This document shows, one piece after another, positions 45,002-58,619 of a stretch of 64,000 nt of DNA (the stretch's first letter is position 1; each line of letters opens with the position of its first letter). This stretch comes from Eledone cirrhosa (Eukaryota), in assembly GCA_964016885.1 (NCBI GenBank), contig OZ024742.1:372744001-372808000 (forward strand), in the 5' to 3' direction. The notes beneath the pieces are model-generated. The model saw nothing but the letters and a program-made list of their open reading frames with translations. It searched no databases and had not been told where the DNA came from. The translations under genes were made by a program, and so were the position numbers.

Positions 45002-48000
45002 TTTCTATATGAACTTTAAATCTCTTTCTATATAAACTGTAAATCTCATTCTATGTAAGCTGTAAATCTCATTCTATGAACTGGAAATCTCTTTCTATAT
45101 AAACTGTAAATCTTATTCTATGTAAACTGTAAATCTCATTCTATATAAACTGTAAATCTCTTTCTATATAAACTGTAAATCTCATTCTATATAAATTGTA
45201 AATCTCTTTCTATATAAACTGTAAATCTCATTCTATATAAACTGTAAATGCCATTCTATAAACTGTAAATCCTTTTCTATATAACCTGTAAATCTCTTTC
45301 TATAGAAACTGTAAATCTCATGCTATAAACGGTAAATCTCATTCTATATAAACTGTAAATCTCATTCTATATAAACTCTGAATCTGATTCCATATAAACT
45401 GTAACTCTCATTTTATATAAACTGTGAATCTCATTCTATATAAACTGTAAATTTCATTTTATAAACTCTAAATCTCTTTCTATATAAACTGTAAATCTCA
45501 TTCTATATAAACTGTAAATCTCTTTCTATATAAACTGTAAATCTCATTCTATATAAACTGTAAATCTCTTTCTATATAAACTGTAAATCTCATTCTATAT
45601 AAACTGTGAATCTCATTCTATATAAACTGTAAATCTCATTCTATAAACTGTAAATCTCTTTCTATATAAACTGTAAATCTCATTCTATATAAACTGTATA
45701 TATCATTCTATAAAGTGTAAATCTCAGTCTATAAACTGTAAATCTCTTTCTATATAAACTGTAAATCTCTTTCTATATGAACTGTAATTCTCTTTCTATA
45801 TAAACTGTAAATCTCATTCTATATAAGCTGTAAATCTCATTCTATGAACTGTAAATATCTTTCTATATAAACTGTAAATCTCATTCTACATAAACTGTAA
45901 ATCTCATTCTATAAACTGTAAATCTCTTTCTATATAAACTGTAAATCTCATTCTATATAAACTGTAAATCTCTTTCTATATAAACTGTAAATTTCATTCT
46001 ATAAACTGTAAATCTCTTTCTATATAAACTGTAAATCTCATTCTATATAAACTGTAAATCTCATTCTATATAAGCTGTAAATCTCATTCTATTAACTGTA
46101 AATCTCTTTCTATATAAACTGTAAATCTCATTCTATATAAACTGTATATATCATTCTATAAACTGTAAATCTCAGTCTATAAACTGTAAATCTCCTTCTC
46201 TATAAACTGTAAATCTCTTTCTATATGAACTGTAAATCTCTTTCTATATAAACTGTAAATCTCATTCTATGTAAGCTGTAAATCTCATTCTATGAACTGT
46301 AAATCTCTTTCTATATAAACTGTAAATCTCATTCTATATAAACTGTAAATCTCATTCTATGAACTGTAAATCTCTTTCTGTATAAACTGTAAATCTCATT
46401 CTATATAAACTGTAAATTTCATTCTATAAACTGTAAATCTCTTTCTATATAAACTGTAAATCTCATTCTATATAAACTGTAAATCTCTTTCTATATAAAC
46501 TGTAAATCTCATTCTATATAAACTGTGAATCTCATTCTATAAACTGTAAATCTCTTTCTATATAAACTGTAAATATCATTCTATATACACTGTAAATCTC
46601 TTTCTATATAAACTGTAAATCCCATTCTATATAAACTGTATATATCATTCTATAAACTGTAAATCACATTCTATAAACTGTAAATCTCTTTCTATATAAA
46701 CTGTAAATCTCATTCTATATAAACTGTAAATCTCTTTCTATATGAACTGTAAATCTCATTCTATATAACTTGTAAATCTCATTCTATAAACTGTGAATCT
46801 CATTCTATATAAACTGTAAGTCTCATTCTAAAAACTGCAAATCTCATTCTATGAACTGTAAATCTCTTTCTATATAAACTGTAAATCTCATTCTATATAA
46901 AATGTAAATCTCATTCTATAAACTGTAAATCTCTTTCTGTATAAACTGTAAATCTCATTCTATATAAACTGTAAATCTCTTTCTATATAAACTGTAAATT
47001 TCATTCTATAAACTGTAAATCTCTTTCTATATAAACTGTAAATCTAATCCTATATAAACTGTAAATCTCTTTCTATATAAACTGTAAATCTCATTCTATA
47101 TAAACTGTGAATCTCATTCTATAAGCTGTAAATCTCTTTCTATATAAACTGTAAATCTCATTCTATATACACTGTAAATCTCTTTCTATATAAACTGTAA
47201 ATCTCATTCTATATAAACTGTAAATCTCATTCTATAAACTGTAAATCTCTTTCTATATAAACTGTAAATCTCATTCTATATAAGCTGTAAATCTCATTCT
47301 ATTAACTGTAAATCTCTTTCTATATAAACTGTAAATCTCATTCTATATAAACTCTATATATCATTCTATAAACTGTAAATCTCAGTCTATAAACTGTAAA
47401 TCTCTTTCTATATAAACTGTAAATCTCTTTCTATATGAACTGTAAATCTCTTTCTATATAAACTGTAAATCTCATTCTATGTAAGCTGTAAATCTCATTC
47501 TATGAACTGGAAATCTCTTTCTATATAAACTGTAAATCTCATTCTATGTAAACTGTAAATCTCATTCTATATAAACTGTAAATCTCTTTCTATATAAACT
47601 GTAAATCTCATTCTATATAAATTGTAAATCTCTTTCTATATAAACTGTAAATCTCATTCTATATAAACTGTAAATCCCATTCTATAAACTGTAAATCCTT
47701 TTCTATATAACCTGTAAATCTCTTTCTATAGAAACTGTAAATCTCATGCTATAAACGGTAAATCTCATTCTATATAAACTGTAAATCTCATTCTATATAA
47801 ACTCTGAATCTGATTCTATATAAACTGTAACTCTCATTTTATATAAACTGTGAATCTCATTCTATATAAACTGTATATCTCATTCTATATAAACTGTAAA
47901 TCTCATTCGAGAAACTGTAAATGTCTTTTTATATAAAATGTAAATCTCATTCTATAAACTGTAAATCTCTTTCTATATAAACTGTAAATCTCATTCTATA

Positions 48001-51000
48001 TAAACTGTAAATCTCTTTCTATATAAACTGTAAATCTCATGCTATAAACTGAAAATCTCATTCTATATAAACTGTAAATCTCTTTCTATATAAACTCTGA
48101 ATCTGATTCTATATAAACTGTAACTCTCATTTCATATAAACTGCGAATCTCATTCTATATAAACTGTATATCTCAATCTATATAAACTGTAAATCTCATT
48201 CGATAAACTGTAAATCTCTTTTTATATAAACTGTAAATCTCATTCTATATAAAATGTAAATCTCATTCTATAAACTGTAAATCTCTTTCTATATAAACTG
48301 TAAATCTCATTCTATATAAACTGTAAATCTCTTTCTATATAAACTGTAAATTTCATTCTATAAACTCTAAATCTCTTTCTATATAAACTGTAAATCTCAT
48401 TCTATATAAACTGTAAATCTCTTTCTATATAAACTGTAAATCTCATTCTATATAAACTGAATCTCATTCTATATAAACTGTAAATCTCTTTCTATATAAA
48501 CTGTAAATCTCATTCTATATAAACTGTAAATCTCATTCTATATAAACTGTAAATCTCATTCTATAAACTGTAAATCTCTTTCTATATAAACTGTAAATCT
48601 CATTCTATATAAGCTGTAAATCTCATTCTATTAACTGTAAATCTCGTTCTATATAAACTGTAAATCTCATTCTATATAAACTGTATATATCATTCTATAA
48701 ACTGTAAATCTCAGTCTATAAACTGTAAATCTCAGTCTATAAACTGTAAATCTCTTTCTATATATACTGTAAATCTCTTTCTATATAAACTGTAAATTTC
48801 ATTCTATAAACTCTAAATCTCTTTCTATATAAACTGTAAATCTCATTCTATATAAACTGTAAATCTCTTTCTATATAAACTGTAAATCTCATTCTATATA
48901 AACTGTAAATCTCTTTCTATATAAACTGTAAATCTCATTCTATATAAACTGTGAATCTCATTCTATATAAACTGTAAATCTCATTCTATAAACTGTAAAT
49001 CTCCTTCTATATAAACTGTAAATCTCATTCTATATAAACTGTATATATCATTCTATAAAGTGTAAATCTCAGTCTATAAACTGTAAATCTCTTTCTATAT
49101 AAACTGTAAATCTCTTTCTATATGAACTGTAATTCTCTTTCTATATAAACTGTAAATCTCATTCTATATAAGCTGTAAATCTCATTCTATGAACTGTAAA
49201 TATCTTTCTATATAAACTGTAAATCTCATTCTACATAAACTGTAAATCTCATTCTATAAACTGTAAATCTCATTCTATATAAACTGTAAATCTCATTCTA
49301 TAAACTGTAAATCTCATTCTATATAAACTGTAAATCTCTTTCTATATAACCTGTAAATCTCTTTCTATATAACCTGTAAATCTCTTTCTATATAAACTGT
49401 TAATCTCATGCTATAAACTGTAAATCTCTTTCTATATAACCTGTAAATCTCTTTCTATATAACCTGTAAATCTCTTTCTATATAAACTATAAATCTCATG
49501 CTATAGACTGTAAATCTCATTCTATATGAACTGTAAATCTCTTTCTATATAAACTGTAAATCTCATTCTATATAATCTGTAAATCTCATTCGATAAACTG
49601 TAAATCTCTTTTTATATAAACAGTAAATCTCATTCTATATAAACTGTAAATCTCATTCTATGAACTGTAAATCTCTTTCTATATAAACTGTAAATCTCAT
49701 TCTATATAAAATGTAAATCTCATTCTATAAACTGTAAATCTCTTTCTATATAAAGTGTAAATCTCATTCTATATAAACTGTAAATCTCTTTCTATATAAA
49801 CTGTAAATTTCATTCTATAAACTCTAAATCTCTTTCTATATAAACTGTAAATCTCATTCTATATAAACTGTAAATCTCTTTCTATATAAATGTAAATCTC
49901 ATTCTATATAAACTGAATCTCATTCTATATAAACTGTAAATCTCTTTCTATATAAACTGTAAATATCATTCTATATAAACTGTAAATCTCATTCTATATA
50001 AACTGTAAATCTCATTCTATAAACTGTAAATCTCTTTCTATATAAACTGTAAATCTCATTCTATATAAGCTGTAAATCTCATTCTATTAACTGTAAATCT
50101 CATTCTATATAAACTGTAAATCTCATTCTATATAAACTGTATATATCATTCTATAAACTGTAAATCTCAGTCTATAAACTGTAAATCTCTTTCTATATAA
50201 ACTGTAAATCTCTTTCTATATGAACTGTAAATCTCTTTCTATATAAACTGTAAATCTCATTCTATATAAGTTGTAAATCTCATTCTATGAACTGTAAATC
50301 TCTTTCTATATAAACTGTAAATCTCATTCTATATAAACTGTAAATCTCATTCTATAAACTGTAAATCTCTTTCTATATAAACTGTAAATCTCATTCTATA
50401 TAAACTGTAAATCTCTTTCTATATAAACTGTAAATTTCATTCTATAAACTGTAAATCTCTTTCTATATAAACTGTAAATCTCATTCTATATAAACTGTAA
50501 ATCTCATTCTATAAACTGTAAATCTCATTCTATATAAACTGTAAATCTCTTTCTATATAACCTGTAAATCTCTTTCTATATAACCTGTAAATCTCTTTCT
50601 ATATAAACTGTTAATCTCATGCTATAAACTGTAAATCTCTTTCTATATAACCTGTAAATCTCTTTCTATATAACCTGTAAATCTCTTTCTATATAAACTA
50701 TAAATCTCATGCTATAGACTGTAAATCTCATTCTATATGAACTGTAAATCTCTTTCTATATAAACTGTAAATCTCATTCTATATAATCTGTAAATCTCAT
50801 TCGATAAACTGTAAATCTCTTTTTATATAAACAGTAAATCTCATTCTATATAAACTGTAAATCTCATTCTATGAACTGTAAATCTCTTTCTATATAAACT
50901 GTAAATCTCATTCTATATAAAATGTAAATCTCATTCTATAAACTGTAAATCTCTTTCTATATAAAGTGTAAATCTCATTCTATATAAACTGTAAATCTCT

Positions 51001-54000
51001 TTCTATATAAACTGTAAATTTCATTCTATAAACTCTAAATCTCTTTCTATATAAACTGTAAATCTCATTCTATATAAACTGTAAATCTCTTTCTATATAA
51101 ATGTAAATCTCATTCTATATAAACTGAATCTCATTCTATATAAACTGTAAATCTCTTTCTATATAAACTGTAAATATCATTCTATATAAACTGTAAATCT
51201 CATTCTATATAAACTGTAAATCTCATTCTATAAACTGTAAATCTCTTTCTATATAAACTGTAAATCTCATTCTATATAAGCTGTAAATCTCATTCTATTA
51301 ACTGTAAATCTCATTCTATATAAACTGTAAATCTCATTCTATATAAACTGTATATATCATTCTATAAACTGTAAATCTCAGTCTATAAACTGTAAATCTC
51401 TTTCTATATAAACTGTAAATCTCTTTCTATATGAACTGTAAATCTCTTTCTATATAAACTGTAAATCTCATTCTATATAAGTTGTAAATCTCATTCTATG
51501 AACTGTAAATCTCTTTCTATATAAACTGTAAATCTCATTCTATATAAACTGTAAATCTCATTCTATAAACTGTAAATCTCTTTCTATATAAACTGTAAAT
51601 CTCATTCTATATAAACTGTAAATCTCTTTCTATATAAACTGTAAATTTCATTCTATAAACTGTAAATCTCTTTCTATATAAACTGTAAATCTCATTCTAT
51701 ATAAACTGTAAATCTCTTTCTATATAAACTGTAAATCTCATTCTATATAAACTGTATATCTCATTCTATAAACTGTAAATCTCTTTCTATATAAACTGTA
51801 AATCTCATTCTATATAAGCTGTAAATCTCATTCTATTAACTGTAAATCTCTTTCTATATAAACTGTAAATCTCATTCTATATAAACTCTATATATCATTC
51901 TATAAACTGTAAATCTCAGTCTATAAACTGTAAATCTCTTTCTATATAAACTGTAAATCTCTTTCTATATGAACTGTAAATCTCTTTCTATATAAACTGT
52001 AAATCTCATTCTATGTAAGCTGTAAATCTCATTCTATGAACTGGAAATCTCTTTCTATATAAACTGTAAATCTTATTCTATGTAAACTGTAAATCTCATT
52101 CTATATAAACTGTAAATCTCTTTCTATATAAACTGTAAATCTCATTCTATATAAATTGTAAATCTCTTTCTATATAAACTGTAAATCTCATTCTATATAA
52201 ACTGTAAATGCCATTCTATAAACTGTAAATCCTTTTCTATATAACCTGTAAATCTCTTTCTATAGAAACTGTAAATCTCATGCTATAAACGGTAAATCTC
52301 ATTCTATATAAACTGTAAATCTCATTCTATATAAACTCTGAATCTGATTCCATATAAACTGTAACTCTCATTTTATATAAACTGTGAATCTCATTCTATA
52401 TAAACTGTAAATTTCATTCTATAAACTCTAAATCTCTTTCTATATAAACTGTAAATCTCATTCTATATAAACTGTAAATCTCTTTCTATATAAACTGTAA
52501 ATCTCATTCTATATAAACTGTAAATCTCTTTCTATATAAACTGTAAATCTCATTCTATATAAACTGTGAATCTCATTCTATATAAACTGTAAATCTCTTT
52601 CTATATAAACTGTAAATCTCATTCTATATAAACTGTATATATCATTCTATAAAGTGTAAATCTCAGTCTATAAACTGTAAATCTCTTTCTATATAAACTG
52701 TAAATCTCTTTCTATATGAACTGTAATTCTCTTTCTATATAAACTGTAAATCTCATTCTATATAAGCTGTAAATCTCATTCTATGAACTGTAAATATCTT
52801 TCTATATAAACTGTAAATCTCATTCTACATAAACTGTAAATCTCATTCTATAAACTGTAAATCTCTTTCTATATAAACTGTAAATCTCATTCTATATAAA
52901 CTGTAAATCTCTTTCTATATAAACTGTAAATTTCATTCTATAAACTGTAAATCTCTTTCTATATAAACTGTAAATCTCATTCTATATAAACTGTAAATCT
53001 CATTCTATATAAGCTGTAAATCTCATTCTATTAACTGTAAATCTCTTTCTATATAAACTGTAAATCTCATTCTATATAAACTGTATATATCATTCTATAA
53101 ACTGTAAATCTCAGTCTATAAACTGTAAATCTCCTTCTCTATAAACTGTAAATCTCTTTCTATATGAACTGTAAATCTCTTTCTATATAAACTGTAAATC
53201 TCATTCTATGTAAGCTGTAAATCTCATTCTATGAACTGTAAATCTCTTTCTATATAAACTGTAAATCTCATTCTATATAAACTGTAAATTTCATTCTATA
53301 AACTGTAAATCTCTTTCTATATAAACTGTAAATCTCATTCTATATAAACTGTAAATCTCTTTCTATATAAACTGTAAATCTCATTCTATATAAACTGTGA
53401 ATCTCATTCTATAAACTGTAAATCTCTTTCTATATAAACTGTAAATATCATTCTATATACACTGTAAATCTCTTTCTATATAAACTGTAAATCCCATTCT
53501 ATATAAACTGTATATATCATTCTATAAACTGTAAATCACATTCTATAAACTGTAAATCTCTTTCTATATAAACTGTAAATCTCATTCTATATAAACTGTA
53601 AATCTCTTTCTATATGAACTGTAAATCTCATTCTATATAACTTGTAAATCTCATTCTATAAACTGTGAATCTCATTCTATATAAACTGTAAGTCTCATTC
53701 TATAAACTGCAAATCTCATTCTATGAACTGTAAATCTCTTTCTATATAAACTGTAAATCTCATTCTATATAAAATGTAAATCTCATTCTATAAACTGTAA
53801 ATCTCTTTCTGTATAAACTGTAAATCTCATTCTATATAAACTGTAAATCTCTTTCTATATAAACTGTAAATTTCATTCTATAAACTGTAAATCTCTTTCT
53901 ATATAAACTGTAAATCTAATTCTATATAAACTGTAAATCTCTTTCTATATAAACTGTAAATCTCATTCTATATAAACTGTGAATCTCATTCTATAAGCTG

Positions 54001-56150
54001 TAAATCTCTTTCTATATAAATTGTAAATCTCATTCTATATACACTGTAAATCTCTTTCTATATAAACTGTAAATCTCATTCTATATAAACTGTAAATCTC
54101 ATTCTATAAACTGTAAATCTCTTTCTATATAAACTGTAAATCTCATTCTATATAAGCTGTAAATCTCATTCTATTAACTGTAAATCTCTTTCTATATAAA
54201 CTGTAAATCTCATTCTATATAAACTCTATATATCATTCTATAAACTGTAAATCTCAGTCTATAAACTGTAAATCTCTTTCTATATAAACTGTAAATCTCT
54301 TTCTATATGAACTGTAAATCACTTTCTATATAAACTGTAAATCTCATTCTATGTAAGCTGTAAATCTCATTCTATGAACTGGAAATCTCTTTCTATATAA
54401 ACTGTAAATCTCATTCTATGTAAACTGTAAATCTCATTCTATATAAACTGTAAATCTCTTTCTATATAAACTGTAAATCTCATTCTATATAAATTGTAAA
54501 TCTCTTTCTATATAAACTGTAAATCTCATTCTATATAAACTGTAAATCCCATTCTATAAACTGTAAATCCTTTTCTATATAACCTGTAAATCTCTTTCTA
54601 TAGAAACTGTAAATCTCATGCTATAAACGGTAAATCTCATTCTATATAAACTGTAAATCTCATTCTATATAAACTCTGAATCTGATTCTATATAAACTGT
54701 AACTCTCATTTTATATAAACTGTGAATCTCATTCTATATAAACTGTATATCTCATTCTATATAAACTGTAAATCTCATTCGAGAAACTGTAAATGTCTTT
54801 TTATATAAAATGTAAATCTCATTCTATAAACTGTAAATCTCTTTCTATATAAACTGTAAATCTCATTCTATATAAACTGTAAATCTCTTTCTATATAAAC
54901 TGTAAATCTCATGCTATAAACTGAAAATATCATTCTATATAAACTGTAAATCTCTTTCTATATAAACTCTGAATCTGATTCTATATAAACTGTAACTCTC
55001 ATTTCATATAAACTGCGAATCTCATTCTATATAAACTGTATATCTCAATCTATATAAACTGTAAATCTCATTCGATAAACTGTAAATCTCTTTTTATATA
55101 AACTGTAAATCTCATTCTATATAAACTGTAAATCTCATTCTATATAAAATGTAAATCTCATTCTATAAACTGTAAATCTCTTTCTATATAAACTGTAAAT
55201 CTCATTCTATATAAACTGTAAATCTCTTTCTATATAAACTGTAAATTTCATTCTATAAACTCTAAATCTCTTTCTATATAAACTGTAAATCTCATTCTAT
55301 ATAAACTGTAAATCTCTTTCTATATAAACTGTAAATCTCATTCTATATAAACTGAATCTCATTCTATATAAACTGTAAATCTCTTTCTATATAAACTGTA
55401 AATCTCATTCTATATAAACTGTAAATCTCATTCTATATAAACTGTAAATCTCATTCTATAAACTGTAAATCTCTTTCTATATAAACTGTAAATCTCATTC
55501 TATATAAGCTGTAAATCTCATTCTATTAACTGTAAATCTCTTTCTATATAAACTGTAAATCTCATTCTATATAAACTGTATATATCATTCTATAAACTGT
55601 AAATCTCAGTCTATAAACTGTAAATCTCAGTCTATAAACTGTAAATCTCTTTCTATATATACTGTAAATCTCTTTCTATATAAACTGTAAATTTCATTCT
55701 ATAAACTCTAAATCTCTTTCTATATAAACTGTAAATCTCATTCTATATAAACTGTAAATCTCTTTCTATATAAACTGTAAATCTCATTCTATATAAACTG
55801 TAAATCTCTTTCTATATAAACTGTAAATCTCATTCTATATAAACTGTGAATCTCATTCTATATAAACTGTAAATCTCATTCTATAAACTGTAAATCTCCT
55901 TCTATATAAACTGTAAATCTCATTCTATATAAACTGTATATATCATTCTATAAAGTGTAAATCTCAGTCTATAAACTGTAAATCTCTTTCTATATAAACT
56001 GTAAATCTCTTTCTATATGAACTGTAATTCTCTTTCTATATAAACTGTAAATCTCATTCTATATAAGCTGTAAATCTCATTCTATGAACTGTAAATATCT
56101 TTCTATATAAACTGTAAATCTCATTCTACATAAACTGTAAATCTCATTCT
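43650..56150. repeat. Higher-order duplication, offset ~6960 bp drifting to 6872 and 6895
   Basis: ACTGTAAATGCC at 45241/52201 (+6960), GAGAAACTGTAAATGTC at 47909/54781 (+6872), CTCCTTCT at 49001/55896 (+6895). The offset changes equal whole-monomer gains or losses. Ends are approximate. Confidence 0.82.
49255..51716. repeat. Tandem duplication, period 1211 bp
   Basis: TATAAACTATAAATCTCATG at 49481/50692, TAAAGTGTAA at 49751/50962, AAATATCATT at 49961/51172, TTGTAAATCT at 50271/51482. Confidence 0.9.
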
Positions 56151-58619
56151 ATAAACTGTAAATCTCTTTCTATATAAACTGTAAATCTCATTCTATATAA
56201 ACTGTAAATCTCTTTCTATATAAACTGTAAATTTCATTCTATAAACTGTAAATCTCTTTCTATATAAACTGTAAATCTCATTCAATATAAACTGTAAATC
56301 TCATTCTATATAAGCTGTAAATCTCATTCTATTAACTGTAAATCTCTTTCTATATAAACTGTAAATCTCATTCTATATAAACTGTATATATCATTCTATA
56401 AACTGTAAATCTCAGTCTATAAACTGTAAATCTCTTTCTCTATAAACTGTAAATCTCTTTCTATATGAACTGTAAATCTCTTTCTATATAAACTGTAAAT
56501 CTCATTCTATGTAAGCTGTAAATCTCATTCTATGAACTGTAAATCTCTTTCTATATAAACTGTAAATCTCATTCTATATAAACTGTAAATCTCATTCTAT
56601 GAACTGTAAATCTCTTTCTATATAAACTGTAAATCTCATTCTATATAAACTGTAAATCTCTTTCTATATGAACTGTAAATCTCATTCTATATAACTTGTA
56701 AATCTCATTCTATAAACTGTGAATCTCATTCTATATAAACTGTAAGTCTCATTCTATAAACTGCAAATCTCATTCTATGAACTGTAAATCTCTTTCTATA
56801 TAAACTGTAAATCTCATTCTATATAAAATGTAAATCTCATTCTATAAACTGTAAATCTCTTTCTGTATAAACTGTAAATCTCATTCTATATAAACTGTAA
56901 ATCTCTTTCTATATAAACTGTAAATTTCATTCTATAAACTCTAAATCTCTTTCTATATGAACTGTAAATCTCATTCTATATAAACTGTAAATCTCTTTCT
57001 ATATAAACTGTAAATCTCATTCTATATAAACTGAATCTCATTCTATATAAACTGTAAATCTCTTTCTATATAAACTGTAAATCTCATTCTATATAAACTG
57101 TAAATCTCATTCTATATAAACTGTAAATCTCATTCTATAAACTGTAAATCTCTTTCTATATAAACTGTAAATCTCATTCTATATAAGCTGTAAATCTCAT
57201 TCTATTAACTGTAAATCTCTTTCTATATAAACTGTAAATCTCATTCTATATAAACTGTATATATCATTCTATAAACTGTAAATCTCAGTCTATAAACTGT
57301 AAATCTCAGTCTATAAACTGTAAATCTCTTTCTATATATACTGTAAATCTCTTTCTATATAAACTGTAAATTTCATTCTATAAACTCTAAATCTCTTTCT
57401 ATATAAACTGTAAATCTCATTCTATATAAACTGTAAATCTCTTTCTATATAAACTGTAAATCTCATTCTATATAAACTGTAAATCTCTTTCTATATAAAC
57501 TGTAAATCTCATTCTATATAAACTGTGAATCTCATTCTATATAAACTGTAAATCTCATTCTATAAACTGTAAATCTCCTTCTATATAAACTGTAAATCTC
57601 ATTCTATTTAAACTGTATATATCATTCTATAAAGTGTAAATCTCAGTCTATAAACTGTAAATCTCTTTCTATATAAACTGTAAATCTCTTTCTATATGAA
57701 CTGTAATTCTCTTTCTATATAAACTGTAAATCTCATTCTATATAAGCTGTAAATCTCATTCTATGAACTGTAAATATCTTTCTATATAAACTGTAAATCT
57801 CATTCTACATAAACTGTAAATCTCATTCTATAAACTGTAAATCTCTTTCTATATAAACTGTAAATCTCATTCTATATAAACTGTAAATCTCTTTCTATAT
57901 AAACTGTAAATTTCATTCTATAAACTGTAAATCTCTTTCTATATAAACTGTAAATCTCATTCAATATAAACTGTAAATCTCATTCTATATAAGCTGTAAA
58001 TCTCATTCTATTAACTGTAAATCTCTTTCTATATAAACTGTAAATCTCATTCTATATAAACTGTATATATCATTCTATAAACTGTAAATCTCAGTCTATA
58101 AACTGTAAATCTCTTTCTCTATAAACTGTAAATCTCTTTCTATATGAACTGTAAATCTCTTTCTATATAAACTGTAAATCTCATTCTATGTAAGCTGTAA
58201 ATCTCATTCTATGAACTGTAAATCTCTTTCTATATAAACTGTAAATCTCATTCTATATAAACTGTAAATCTCATTCTATGAACTGTAAATCTCTTTCTAT
58301 ATAAACTGTAAATCTCATTCTATATAAACTGTAAATCTCTTTCTATATGAACTGTAAATCTCATTCTATATAACTTGTAAATCTCATTCTATAAACTGTG
58401 AATCTCATTCTATATAAACTGTAAGTCTCATTCTATAAACTGCAAATCTCATTCTATGAACTGTAAATCTCTTTCTATATAAACTGTAAATCTCATTCTA
58501 TATAAAATGTAAATCTCATTCTATAAACTGTAAATCTCTTTCTGTATAAACTGTAAATCTCATTCTATATAAACTGTAAATCTCTTTCTATATAAACTGT
58601 AAATTTCATTCTATAAACT
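55187..58619. repeat. Tandem duplication, period 1679 bp
   Basis: CTAAATCT at 55262/56941, TCAATATAAA at 56282/57961, TGCAAA at 56764/58443. Confidence 0.9.
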
